A DNA stretch of 64,000 nucleotides, taken from positions 1,452-65,451 of the forward strand of contig JAMCYI010000006.1 in the NCBI GenBank assembly GCA_023474215.1. The letters run 5' to 3'. A program made the translations under genes and the position numbers. The DNA comes from Patescibacteria group bacterium. GTDB lineage: Bacteria; Patescibacteriota; Minisyncoccia; UBA6257; GWB1-50-10. Shown here in pieces: positions 27,621-37,180 of this stretch (position 1 is the first letter of the stretch; every line of letters starts with the position of its first letter). Under the pieces are notes generated by a model. The model was not told the origin of the DNA, did not search any database, and saw nothing but the letters and a program-made list of their open reading frames with translations.

Positions 27621-29002
27621 ACGATAAGCGCAATAAGGCAACCGTAATACGCCGCCGTAAGCCACGAGCTGAACGGCAGTTGAACCGTGGCATGCAGTCC
27701 CCCGAAAAATTCGATGGTTGCCGTTTCGAATTTAAGGAACGGGAATGCGAGAAATGCTGCACCGAGAGCCGCTGTCCGCGACACGAATCCGAGGAGCGCT
27801 TCCGCAAATCCAAATGCCATGGTTGCAGGTATGAAGATCAAAACAAGAACGTTCGAAACAAGGGACACCGGTGAAATCGACCCGAAATGTGCCGCAATAA
27901 TCGGAAGGACCGCCGCTTGGGCGGCGAACGTCGACGACAAATTGTCTTTCCAATTCATGAAACTCTCGTTGAAGGACGGCTTCAAATACACGATGCCGAG
28001 GAAAGCCGCGAACGACAATTCAAAGCCGACGTCGAAAACGAGGAGTTTCGGATTCGCGATCAACATAAAAAATGCGGCAAGCACAATGACGTTCCGCGAA
28101 TCAAAGAAGCGGCCGCTCTCGGTTGCAAAGAGAACGAGGAATCCCATAATGGCTGCACGAACGACCGATGCTTCGGCGCCGGTCATGACAACGAAGAGGA
28201 AAATGGCGAATGAGGTAATGCCGAACGCCCATACCCGCGGCAAAAAGAGCGAAAAGGCGGCCATCGCTCCGATCACGACGAGTGATATGTTATAACCCGA
28301 GAGCGCCACGAGGTGCGTCGTGCCGCTCGACTGCATGGCGGCAGCGAAATCTTCCGAAAAACCTCCACGGTAGCCGAGGAGGAGGCCGGACATAAACGCA
28401 CCTTCTTTTTCCGGCAGCGTTCTTTTAAAAGTATCGACCACCTCCTCTCTTACCCCAAACAAGAAATGCCGCAATCCGCCGCCGGCAGATACCGAAACGA
28501 TCTCCGGAAAATTCGACGTCCCAATAATTTTTTCTTTCGCGAGATAATCGGCGTACCCGCCCGACGGCGGACGCTCCACCGTCCCTTTCAGCGTCAAAAC
28601 GTCGCCGACGGAGACCGATACATATCTCCGGAGCGTTATGAGTATTTTTCCGCCGCAGTCGAGATCGATCACGGCTTTCGTTGATGAATAATCCGATGTT
28701 TCCACGTCGACAACCTTTCCTCCAAAGGTGCTACCCGCGCCGCATGCAACGGCCGCTGTCGTTCTCAGATTCATGTCGAACGCTTCCGCATAAAACGCCC
28801 CGCCGAAGACAACGGGAGAAAGAAAAAGAAAAACCAGGTATTTCTTTTCTCGTCTCCAAAAGAAAAGTGCAGCGGATGTGATGGCTGAAAAAATGATGAC
28901 GGCCAAAATAACCCAGCCGGCATGGATACTTGCAAGGAAAATGCCGAAAATAAAAAACGCGATCCCGAAGAAAAGGACGTTGTATGCCGGCATTTCCCTC
29001 AT
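27587..29002 (-). CDS. comEC: ComEC/Rec2 competence membrane channel domain (DUF4131 + competence domain)
   Basis: N-terminal TM helices, a periplasmic OB-like segment, then a multi-TM 'competence' region. Confidence 0.7.
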   Translation of the reverse strand: MREMPAYNVLFFGIAFFIFGIFLASIHAGWVILAVIIFSAITSAALFFWRREKKYLVFLFLSPVVFGGAFYAEAFDMNLRTTAAVACGAGSTFGGKVVDVETSDYSSTKAVIDLDCGGKILITLRRYVSVSVGDVLTLKGTVERPPSGGYADYLAKEKIIGTSNFPEIVSVSAGGGLRHFLFGVREEVVDTFKRTLPEKEGAFMSGLLLGYRGGFSEDFAAAMQSSGTTHLVALSGYNISLVVIGAMAAFSLFLPRVWAFGITSFAIFLFVVMTGAEASVVRAAIMGFLVLFATESGRFFDSRNVIVLAAFFMLIANPKLLVFDVGFELSFAAFLGIVYLKPSFNESFMNWKDNLSSTFAAQAAVLPIIAAHFGSISPVSLVSNVLVLIFIPATMAFGFAEALLGFVSRTAALGAAFLAFPFLKFETATIEFFGGLHATVQLPFSSWLTAAYYGCLIALIVWRKKRVAQRN

Positions 29003-29053
29003 TATAGAGTTAAAAAGCCCTTTTCCTTTCCGTACTTATCCCCCAAAATCTTG

Positions 29054-29124
29054 CCCCCCGTTCTCCTCGAATTTTTGAAGGAGAGCGGGGGGCCTTCAAT
29101 TTTTGAAGGAGAGCGGGGGGCGGA
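29054..29124. repeat. tandem ~29-nt repeat element (same family as 9403..9474)
   Basis: Near-identical sequence. Confidence 0.6.
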
Positions 29125-29141
29125 AGTCGGGGACAGAAAAC

Positions 29142-30362
29142 TCAGGCGATCACGCCGCCGCCGAGGAGTTCACCCTTTTTCGAATAGAAGACGGCCGATT
29201 GGCCCGGCGCGACAAACTTTTGTGGATCATTGAACAAAAGTTTGTAGTATCCGGTATCTGGTATTTTGTATACAGTAGCTGACGACAAAGGCTGTCGGTA
29301 ACGGACACGGGCAAAAACCGGTAGTTGATATTTTGTATTGAGTATTTGGCGAACCTCCGGCGACATGAAATTCACCTGGCGGAGATTCATCTCTTTTTTG
29401 AAAAGTGCCGGATTGTCGTCCCCTTCCGCGACGATGAGCGTGTTCGTTTTCAAATCCTTTCCCGCAACGTAGTACGGTTTATGATCGGGATTTTTTACCT
29501 TCAAATCGACGCCAAGGTGCCGCTGGCCGATGGTATAAAAATAAATCCCTTCGTGCTGACCCACGACATCACCTTCAGTCGTTATGATATCGCCCGGCTT
29601 TTCCGGTAAATACTGTTTTAAAAAATCCTCCAAGTCCACCTGACCCAAGAAACAAATTCCCTGCGAGTCTTTTTTCTCCGCCGTCGGGAGCCCCGCCTTC
29701 CGCGCAATTTCACGCACCTCGGGTTTTGTATGCCCGCCGATCGGAAACAAACAATATTTGAGCTGCTCCGGCGTCAGTGTCCACAAAAAATATGACTGAT
29801 CCTTGTTTTTATCCTTCGCTTCCATCAGAGAATAATTTACGAGCTTCCCCCCGCGTTCCGAGCGGAACGTCTCGGAGGCGCGGGCGGCTTGGTCTCCGGA
29901 GGAGCGAACGCGCCGAGAGTCGAGGCTGCTTTTTTCCGCCGGAGAAAAAAGACGGCCGGTTCCTCGAGAAATGCGGCGGGAAGCGAGTCGTACGTAGTGT
30001 CCGGTTGCGATGTAATCCGCCCCCGCCGCGAGCGCTTTCTCGAGGAACAAGCCGAATTTGATGTCCTTGTTGCACATGACGTCAGGGTTCGGCGTAATGC
30101 CGTCGCGATAGGCGGAAATCATGTAATCCACGACGTTTTCTTTGTATTCCCGCTCCATGTCGAACACATAGAACGGGATACCGAGATGTTCGGCAGCCCG
30201 CCGGGCGTCTTCCGCATCGCGTTCCGCGCAACCATCCACGTTGTACCCGCGGATATAGACACCTGTCACTTCGCAGCCTTGCCTTTTCAGCAAATACGCG
30301 GCAACCGACGAATCCACTCCGCCGGACATTCCAACAAATACTTTATTCTTTGACTTGGCCAT
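29142..30362 (-). CDS. mnmA: tRNA-specific 2-thiouridylase MnmA, with a ~44-aa Arg/Ser-rich insertion
   Basis: PP-loop 'FVGMSGGVDSSV', 'ATGHY', 'KDQSYFL', and a C-terminal barrel. Confidence 0.85.
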   Translation of the reverse strand: MAKSKNKVFVGMSGGVDSSVAAYLLKRQGCEVTGVYIRGYNVDGCAERDAEDARRAAEHLGIPFYVFDMEREYKENVVDYMISAYRDGITPNPDVMCNKDIKFGLFLEKALAAGADYIATGHYVRLASRRISRGTGRLFSPAEKSSLDSRRVRSSGDQAARASETFRSERGGKLVNYSLMEAKDKNKDQSYFLWTLTPEQLKYCLFPIGGHTKPEVREIARKAGLPTAEKKDSQGICFLGQVDLEDFLKQYLPEKPGDIITTEGDVVGQHEGIYFYTIGQRHLGVDLKVKNPDHKPYYVAGKDLKTNTLIVAEGDDNPALFKKEMNLRQVNFMSPEVRQILNTKYQLPVFARVRYRQPLSSATVYKIPDTGYYKLLFNDPQKFVAPGQSAVFYSKKGELLGGGVIA

Positions 30363-30389
30363 GAAATTGGTCTAAAATGTGTTTCTGTT

Positions 30390-30956
30390 ATGGCACGGTT
30401 ATCCTACAACGAACTCAAAGTCGGCACAATCTTCGTGAAAGATGGGGCTCCGTACAAGGTCCTCGATTCGGCATTCGTCCGCATGCAACAGCGGAAACCC
30501 GTCATGCAACTCAAGATCGAAAACCTCGTGAGCGGCAAGGTGCAGGAATATGCAGCTCACCAAAACGAGGAATTCGAAGAAGCGGAGATCGAAGTGATGC
30601 CGGTCGTTTTTATTTATCAAAACCGTGGCGAATACTGGTTCAATGAAAAGGGTAATCCGAAAAACCGATTTCAACTGAAGGACGACATTTTGGGACGGGC
30701 GGCCCAATTCTTGAAAGCAAATACGGAACTCACCGCTTATAAATTCGACGGAAAGATCATCAACATCGAACTGCCGATCAAAATGGATCTCAAAGTGACC
30801 GAAGCGCCACCCGCCATCAAGGGCAATACCGCGCAAGGCGGCACCAAAACGGTAACCCTTGAAACCGGCGCAAAAGTGAACGTTCCCCTCTTCGTGGAGG
30901 AAGACGACACCGTGAAGGTCAACACGCAAACCGGCGAGTATATCGAACGGCTTTAA
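30390..30956 (+). CDS. efp: elongation factor P
   Basis: 188 aa with the KPGKG-like region 'RMQQRKPVMQLKIEN' and overall EF-P sequence. Confidence 0.9.
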   Translation: MARLSYNELKVGTIFVKDGAPYKVLDSAFVRMQQRKPVMQLKIENLVSGKVQEYAAHQNEEFEEAEIEVMPVVFIYQNRGEYWFNEKGNPKNRFQLKDDILGRAAQFLKANTELTAYKFDGKIINIELPIKMDLKVTEAPPAIKGNTAQGGTKTVTLETGAKVNVPLFVEEDDTVKVNTQTGEYIERL

Positions 30957-32689
30957 GAACCGAGGTTCTTTAAGGACTCTTTAAGCGACTCGCGGAGCGA
31001 TTCGATGTCGTGATTCCCCTCTTTGGGTCCTTTTGCCGATTTTGTCTCTTCTTTTAAATCCGCAAGTGAAATGGTTCCGGTATCCGGAGGTGTTTCCGGT
31101 GCCTCATCCCCGCCCACAATGGTTTGTTTTCTGGTATTCACGGGTTTTTGCACCGGCGATTGTCGCCTAAAATTATTCAAAAAAGGACGCCTTCGCTCGT
31201 AGTGACCATTATGACTCGCGTGACTCGGCGCAGAAGTCCGTCCGGCAGGATGCATTCCCGACGCTCCTCCTCCCTGATTTTCCTGAAATTCTATGCCGAG
31301 CTTCGCGAGGTCGGAAAATCTCGAGGCGGTCTCCTTTTCTTCGTGCCGATGCTCGAACCTCCGTTCCGTCATCCCTTCCTCCTTGGGAGCCATAACACCA
31401 CTCCATCGGTTTATTTCTTCCTCCACGGCCCACCGCGGACGGGCGTAGATTCTCCGCGACGTTTCGATGATTTTCTCCGCGATTGCCGGGGATGATTCCA
31501 AATTGAACGGCGGCAAGGTTGTCGCCGAGAAAGGACGTGACGTGACGCCATCCACCAAAAGTTTCAAATAGACATGGTAGTTGGGTAGGTTGACGAGATC
31601 TTGCGCCATGAACTCGGGCTCGAATTCTTTTTCCAAAAATTCCGCATCGGCCGCTCCAACCCGAAACGAGACCATGGTGCCGACGTTGCCGAACACGGCA
31701 TCGCGCACCTTCGTCGAAACGTCCGTCACAAGCTGCCCGACGTACTGGTGAGCAAGAATCAAGTCGAGGCGATATTTTCGCGCCTCGGACAAGATGTTCG
31801 CAAACGAGTCGGTGGCAAAATTTTGGAACTCGTCGACATAAAGATAGAAGTCGACGCGTTCGTCTTCCGGGATCCTCACCCGCTCCATGGCCGCAAGCTG
31901 CATCTTCGTGATGAGCATGGATCCCAAGAGTGCCGAGTTGTCTTCCCCAATCCTCCCTTTCGATACGTTCACGAGGAAAATCTTCCCCGTGTTCATAATG
32001 TCGAAGATATCGACGGTACTCTTCGATTGGCCAACGATGTTCCGTACGAGCGCAGTCGAAAGGAATTGGCCGACCTTGTTTTGAATCGGCGCGATGGCTT
32101 CATTCCGGAACTGGTCGCGCCATTCTTCGAACTCGTTCACCCAAAACGCCTTGACGACCGGATCTTTGATGTTGTCCACGATCTTTTGCCGATATTCCTT
32201 GTCGACTAAAATACGCGTGATGCCGAGCAAGGTCGTCCCGGGCGTATCGAGGAGCGCGAGGATGGCGTTGTTCAAAATGTATTCCATTCTCGCCGACCAA
32301 ACGTTCGACCAAATCTTCGTGAAAATGCCCATGAGGCCTGACGCGACCAAGTGCTTGTATTTCGGATCGGGCAGTTCCAAAACATTGAAGCCGATGTGAA
32401 AATCGGTATCGGCCGGATTGAAGTAAATGACGTCCTGCAACCGTTCCTCGGGAATTTTCTCGAGAAGTCCTTCGACGAGTTCGCCGTGAGGGTCGACGAC
32501 GCACAATCCTTCACCGTTCGCGATGTCCTGCACAATCAAGTTATTGAGCATCGCCGTCTTTCCGGTGCCCGTTTTTCCGATGACGTACATGTGCTGACGC
32601 CGGTCGCGGCGCTTGATGCCGAAAAGCTTGTTCGAGTTCCGGAAATCAACTCTCCCGAAGTATGCTACGTCTTTGTCGTTCTCGGCCAT
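30953..32689 (-). CDS. VirD4/TraD/TrwB-like type IV coupling-protein-family P-loop ATPase (paralog of 59733..61190)
   Basis: Walker A 'VIGKTGTGKT', Walker B 'LYVDEFQNF', 'LAHQYVGQL'. The C-terminal region is basic and low-complexity. Confidence 0.6.
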   Translation of the reverse strand: MAENDKDVAYFGRVDFRNSNKLFGIKRRDRRQHMYVIGKTGTGKTAMLNNLIVQDIANGEGLCVVDPHGELVEGLLEKIPEERLQDVIYFNPADTDFHIGFNVLELPDPKYKHLVASGLMGIFTKIWSNVWSARMEYILNNAILALLDTPGTTLLGITRILVDKEYRQKIVDNIKDPVVKAFWVNEFEEWRDQFRNEAIAPIQNKVGQFLSTALVRNIVGQSKSTVDIFDIMNTGKIFLVNVSKGRIGEDNSALLGSMLITKMQLAAMERVRIPEDERVDFYLYVDEFQNFATDSFANILSEARKYRLDLILAHQYVGQLVTDVSTKVRDAVFGNVGTMVSFRVGAADAEFLEKEFEPEFMAQDLVNLPNYHVYLKLLVDGVTSRPFSATTLPPFNLESSPAIAEKIIETSRRIYARPRWAVEEEINRWSGVMAPKEEGMTERRFEHRHEEKETASRFSDLAKLGIEFQENQGGGASGMHPAGRTSAPSHASHNGHYERRRPFLNNFRRQSPVQKPVNTRKQTIVGGDEAPETPPDTGTISLADLKEETKSAKGPKEGNHDIESLRESLKESLKNLGS

Positions 32690-32701
32690 GATGATTACAT
32701 T

Positions 32702-33958
32702 TTACAGCAAATTTTTGTACCGTTCCACCAGTTCTTCCGTCACGCCGTTTCGGAGACAAATGTCGCGGTAGAGGTGCGCCGACGGTCGCATCTTACGCTC
32801 GAGCGTTCGGTAATCAATTTCGATAAGGCCGAATCGCGGCCAAAAACCTTCCCCCCACTCGAAATTATCCAAAAGAGACCAGTGAAGGTACCCTCTCACA
32901 TCCACCCCGTTTTCGATCGCCCGATGAACCTGTTTCAAAGTTTCCACGATGAACCACGGCCGTTTTATGTCGCCCGCGTCCGCCAAGCCGTTTTCGGTGA
33001 TATAAATCGGTTTGCCGAAACGCCGCAGATCCATGAGGACGTGGTACATCGATTCAGGATGAAGTCGCCACCCCATATCCGAAAAAATTTCTTTTTCTTT
33101 CTTGCTCCACCAATGATCCATTTTTTTATGAAAATAGTGATTGAGACCGATAAAATCCTGGTAATCGCTAATCCTCCCCAAAAAATAGAAATTCCACCAC
33201 CAATCGGCAGCCGCCTTAAAAATGTGTCCCGTTAAACTCCTCCGGGAAGCATCAAAGTGCATATTATGCGAAGCTATGCCGATTTGCGCCGCCGGATGCT
33301 TTTTCTTGATGATCTTATATGCTGCGATATGCGCTTTTATGAGATTATGAAAGACTTTTAAATAAGAAAAAGGATTAATTTTTTGCGGTGGCCACTCACC
33401 GAGTAAAAACGATTCGGCGGTATAAACCTGCGGCTCATTTAACGTTATCCAAAATTTCACATCACCCCCCAACACCCCAATAACGCGCTCTGCGTATCGT
33501 GCAAAGTACTTTGGCGCATCTTTCGAATTCCATCCTCCCTTGTCACGGAGCCAGAGCGGGATCGGCCAGTGCCAGATCGTGACGAACGGTTCGAGACCGT
33601 TCCGGCGAGCAGAACGAATGACGTCGTGGTAATGTTCCAGTTCTTTCTCATTGAATTTTCCTTCTTCGGGCTCGATACGGGACCATTCAAGTGAAAACCG
33701 CGTGGCGTTGTGGCCCATTTCTTTCGCCATCTTGAAATCACCGTCAAACCTCGTGTAATGGCCCGTTCCCATGCCGGAGATGAAATTGTCCTCACCGTAT
33801 TGTTCTATCAGCTTCAGTTTCTTCAAATGCTTGAGTCGCTTCTCCGATTTTTCCCACTCACTCCAATCGTTCGTCGTGCCGCCTTCAACCTGATGCGCAG
33901 CGGTCGATGCGCCCCAGAAAAATCTCCTCGGAAAAATGAATTCCTTTCGATTGTTCAT
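32702..33958 (-). CDS. glycoside hydrolase family 1 beta-glucosidase
   Basis: 'FFWGASTAAHQVEGG', acid/base 'LNEP', nucleophile 'YITENG'. Confidence 0.85.
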   Translation of the reverse strand: MNNRKEFIFPRRFFWGASTAAHQVEGGTTNDWSEWEKSEKRLKHLKKLKLIEQYGEDNFISGMGTGHYTRFDGDFKMAKEMGHNATRFSLEWSRIEPEEGKFNEKELEHYHDVIRSARRNGLEPFVTIWHWPIPLWLRDKGGWNSKDAPKYFARYAERVIGVLGGDVKFWITLNEPQVYTAESFLLGEWPPQKINPFSYLKVFHNLIKAHIAAYKIIKKKHPAAQIGIASHNMHFDASRRSLTGHIFKAAADWWWNFYFLGRISDYQDFIGLNHYFHKKMDHWWSKKEKEIFSDMGWRLHPESMYHVLMDLRRFGKPIYITENGLADAGDIKRPWFIVETLKQVHRAIENGVDVRGYLHWSLLDNFEWGEGFWPRFGLIEIDYRTLERKMRPSAHLYRDICLRNGVTEELVERYKNLL

Positions 33959-34956
33959 TGACTTAACAACTCCTTCCCCACATTCCAGAAACTCGGGTCG
34001 CCGTGGATCTTCCTCCAATACCACCATTCGGACCCCCACAAATAGATGGGCGAGAGGCCGGTCTGTTCGGCAAACTGGAAATTATCGCGGAGCGTCGTCG
34101 TCGAGAAATCCGACGTTTGCGCATTCATGCTCTCATAGGCCAAAGGTGCGCCGTTCAAGGACCATGGTTCGGCTTGCAGTTCCGAAATGAAGACGTTCGA
34201 AACGCCCGTCAATTCCTTCACCAAAGCTGCCTTCAGAGCGTAAAAAGCCGGCGGAATGAAGAAGTAGTGGAACGCGCCGATCGTCGGCGCTGAAACGACG
34301 CGGTACAGCGTCGTCCCGAAGACGTTCACGTGCGATGCCGGGGCGAACCACCACCCCAATTCCCCGCTGTCGGTCGTTAAAACCGGCCGCGTCGGATCGA
34401 GCTTATGAACGAGTGCAATTTCCTCGTTAAAAAGATTTTGACTGAACGGCGGACAGTTGCCGAACACTCCAAGATACGGTTCGTTCTCGATCTGCCATGC
34501 TTTGATCGCCGAATACGACTTGTAATGTTCAATCACGTGCGTGAGGTACGAAAGAAGCGCTTGATCATAGCCGTTCGAACCGGGTGCCGGGGCCCAATTC
34601 GGAATGTGGCACTCTGGCCATCGCGGCACGCGCTCCCCAACCGCAAGGATAACGTTTTTCCCTTTCGCTTCCGCAAGATTCATTTCCCAATCCAAATCGG
34701 AAAAGTCATACGAGCCCTCGCGCGGTTCGAGGTACTGCCAATATGCCATAAGAAGAAGGTTTTGCGGATTCAAATCATTCACGATCGATTCATAGGCGGC
34801 TTTCCAATCGAGCCCCAGCCCTTCTTTTGCGTAGAGCTCACTGAACGAAAGGCCCGTTTCGGGATGACCGTTCCCAAAGCTCAAGAGAAAACTCCCGAGA
34901 TACAGGGAAAAAAGAACGGCAACGATCGCCCCGGCGACTCTCAAAAACTTCTTCAT
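33955..34956 (-). CDS. membrane-anchored glycoside hydrolase, clan GH-A TIM barrel (QIENEP motif); family uncertain
   Basis: Signal/TM N-terminus and an 'WQIENEPYLG' acid/base motif. 4-nt overlap with the GH1 gene. Confidence 0.45.
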   Translation of the reverse strand: MKKFLRVAGAIVAVLFSLYLGSFLLSFGNGHPETGLSFSELYAKEGLGLDWKAAYESIVNDLNPQNLLLMAYWQYLEPREGSYDFSDLDWEMNLAEAKGKNVILAVGERVPRWPECHIPNWAPAPGSNGYDQALLSYLTHVIEHYKSYSAIKAWQIENEPYLGVFGNCPPFSQNLFNEEIALVHKLDPTRPVLTTDSGELGWWFAPASHVNVFGTTLYRVVSAPTIGAFHYFFIPPAFYALKAALVKELTGVSNVFISELQAEPWSLNGAPLAYESMNAQTSDFSTTTLRDNFQFAEQTGLSPIYLWGSEWWYWRKIHGDPSFWNVGKELLSQ

Positions 34957-34957
34957 A

Positions 34958-35860
34958 CTACACAAAAAGCACGGCAACGCCAGCCGTTATCAGGACGATC
35001 GAAATGACCTTTTGACGCACGATTCCCGGCCTTAAGGGCTCCTTGAGAAGTTTTGGATATTTTTTCGAAAGGAAAACAATGAATCCGAAAAGGAACGCAT
35101 ACTGGATCCCCGAGAGCGCGTTCACCAGGGACACCGGCCCCAGGGAAAACGCATAGTTCACCAAAATGAACGAAAGAAGCGCTGCGATTTGGCCGACAAT
35201 GAAAATGGAGTCGGTCTTCACGTTCGATTTTTTGAACGATTTGAAAATATTCCGTCGCGGGACTTTCGGGAAAAGTAAGAATGCCGCACCGAGGACGGCA
35301 CCGAACCCCCGCCACATGAAACCGTTGATAAAGGTGTCGTTATTGAAAACGAATTTCATCAAAACCTGCGACGCGCCGAAGAGGACCGCCGCAAGGATCG
35401 AACCCAAAAAGAGCCTTGCGCCCATGTGCGCCAAGCGTTCTTTCAAGGACTCTTCGTGGGACACGATGAATCCGCCGATGACGATGAGAGCGAAGCCGAT
35501 CAATTGATCCGTGTTCAGAAATTCGCCGAGCGCGAAGAAAGCCATCAAAAAGACGAAGATCGGCGTCATGCCCCCCGTCAAAGGAACCACTTGAGACGCT
35601 TCTTCGCGCGCAAGCAGCTTATAGAGAATGAGGAGCGCATAGACATATGTCACGCCCGATGCGAGAGCTGCGAGGACAACGGCGACCGACGGCGCGAAAA
35701 AACTGAACGGTAAAAGAACGACGGTTAAGGCGCCGAGGACGTTCACAAAAAATGTGTAAACCCACGGATCAGGGATGAGATCTTTCAGCATCACCTTCGA
35801 AACCACGAACGATATGGCATTCAAAAAATACGCGACGAGACCGATGTAAAGCCAGTTCAT
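34958..35860 (-). CDS. EamA/DMT-superfamily transporter
   Basis: About 10 TM helices and a duplicated EamA-like organisation. Confidence 0.65.
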   Translation of the reverse strand: MNWLYIGLVAYFLNAISFVVSKVMLKDLIPDPWVYTFFVNVLGALTVVLLPFSFFAPSVAVVLAALASGVTYVYALLILYKLLAREEASQVVPLTGGMTPIFVFLMAFFALGEFLNTDQLIGFALIVIGGFIVSHEESLKERLAHMGARLFLGSILAAVLFGASQVLMKFVFNNDTFINGFMWRGFGAVLGAAFLLFPKVPRRNIFKSFKKSNVKTDSIFIVGQIAALLSFILVNYAFSLGPVSLVNALSGIQYAFLFGFIVFLSKKYPKLLKEPLRPGIVRQKVISIVLITAGVAVLFV

Positions 35861-37164
35861 CCTTTTTTCTTTTCGATCAACTTTTCGATGTTATACGCTC
35901 CCATTTTTTCCGCTTCCAAAAATCCATGCATGGCAGCTTCCGCGAACCATCCGTCCTTCAAGTAATCAAAGAGCCACTCGTGGGTATATTCCGGATCGTA
36001 TTGGTCCATGCCGGCGCCGACTTTAAAAAGCCATTCCCGATTGAAATCTTCCTGCGAACCGATGGGCGGCGCAATGATGATCGGCAATCCCAAGCCGCAA
36101 TAAAACGAAAGTTCCGACGGCTTCGTCCAAAGAATATCCGTTACGCGGAGCATTTTATTGAATTTCTCGAAGTAATCGGGAATGCCGATGGCCCACAGGA
36201 TCTCAGCCCCGTCGTCGAACGGCTCCCTGAATCCGAGTTTTTTGAGCTCGTCCGCAAAATAATTCATCGCCGTTCGGTGAGTGCCGGCAGAAAGGACGAC
36301 CTTCACTTTCTTTGCCCTGATATCATCCTGCAAACTTTTTACGATCGCGATACCGATCTCTTTTTGTGCCCCCGCTCCACCGATCGAAAACATGAGTGTG
36401 AGCGGGCGTCCAGCTTCCTTCGGCAGTGCACCGAAGTTTTCCTTGATAACGGGGCCGTATTCACTTGCATACCGCCCCCTCGGGTCGAGATTCACGAGCC
36501 GCGGGCCCATATCTTTCCGCAACGTTTTCATTCCCGGTCCGCCGATGTTTTCTTTTGGAAGCGGATACCCGGTCAAATGGATGTTTTCTTCTTTGATACC
36601 GTAGAGTTTCAACCGCTCAAAGACCCGATCGGTCGAAGCACAGTAATGGATCCTTGTCTTTTCAGGATTCAAAGGAGCCCAACTCCGAGCGACGTCAGCA
36701 TCGGCTGTCACACAGTAAATGTCGCCGGGATAATGCCATTCTTCGGCCATGAACGCCGTCGTAAAGAATGTGGTGATGAGTGGGATCTTCCCCTTGGATA
36801 ACCGCTCAACGATGTCTCTCCCCCATCCGCGCCGAATGAGGCGGTATTCTTGCCGCAAAGTCCCGGTCGGGCGCGAAAGATCGCGTTTCGGGTAAAAGTT
36901 CAAAATGCGCTGAAAGCGATCGTATAAATAGAAAACGGCAGATCCTACGAGCGGCACCCGCTTGAAGCGGGAAATAAATTCATAAAAATGCGACGTACTG
37001 GACCAAATCTCCCGGTCGTCCGTCGGGATCCCTTCATAATCGTTTGCATTGATCACTTTCCCGTCGGGAGAGAGATCCTTCAACGGGAAGGCCGTCCGCT
37101 GATGGCCGTATCCCATGGAAACCGCGATGACCCATGCCTTCCCCTTCGGAGCATCTTTCGCCAT
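35857..37164 (-). CDS. GT-B-fold glycosyltransferase (MGDG-synthase/MurG-like); assignment tentative
   Basis: N-terminal 'SMGYGHQRTA' resembles the MGDG-synthase N-domain. The C-terminal domain is nucleotide-sugar-binding-like. Confidence 0.4.
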   Translation of the reverse strand: MAKDAPKGKAWVIAVSMGYGHQRTAFPLKDLSPDGKVINANDYEGIPTDDREIWSSTSHFYEFISRFKRVPLVGSAVFYLYDRFQRILNFYPKRDLSRPTGTLRQEYRLIRRGWGRDIVERLSKGKIPLITTFFTTAFMAEEWHYPGDIYCVTADADVARSWAPLNPEKTRIHYCASTDRVFERLKLYGIKEENIHLTGYPLPKENIGGPGMKTLRKDMGPRLVNLDPRGRYASEYGPVIKENFGALPKEAGRPLTLMFSIGGAGAQKEIGIAIVKSLQDDIRAKKVKVVLSAGTHRTAMNYFADELKKLGFREPFDDGAEILWAIGIPDYFEKFNKMLRVTDILWTKPSELSFYCGLGLPIIIAPPIGSQEDFNREWLFKVGAGMDQYDPEYTHEWLFDYLKDGWFAEAAMHGFLEAEKMGAYNIEKLIEKKKG

Positions 37165-37180
37165 ATGAAGTTATTATAAA

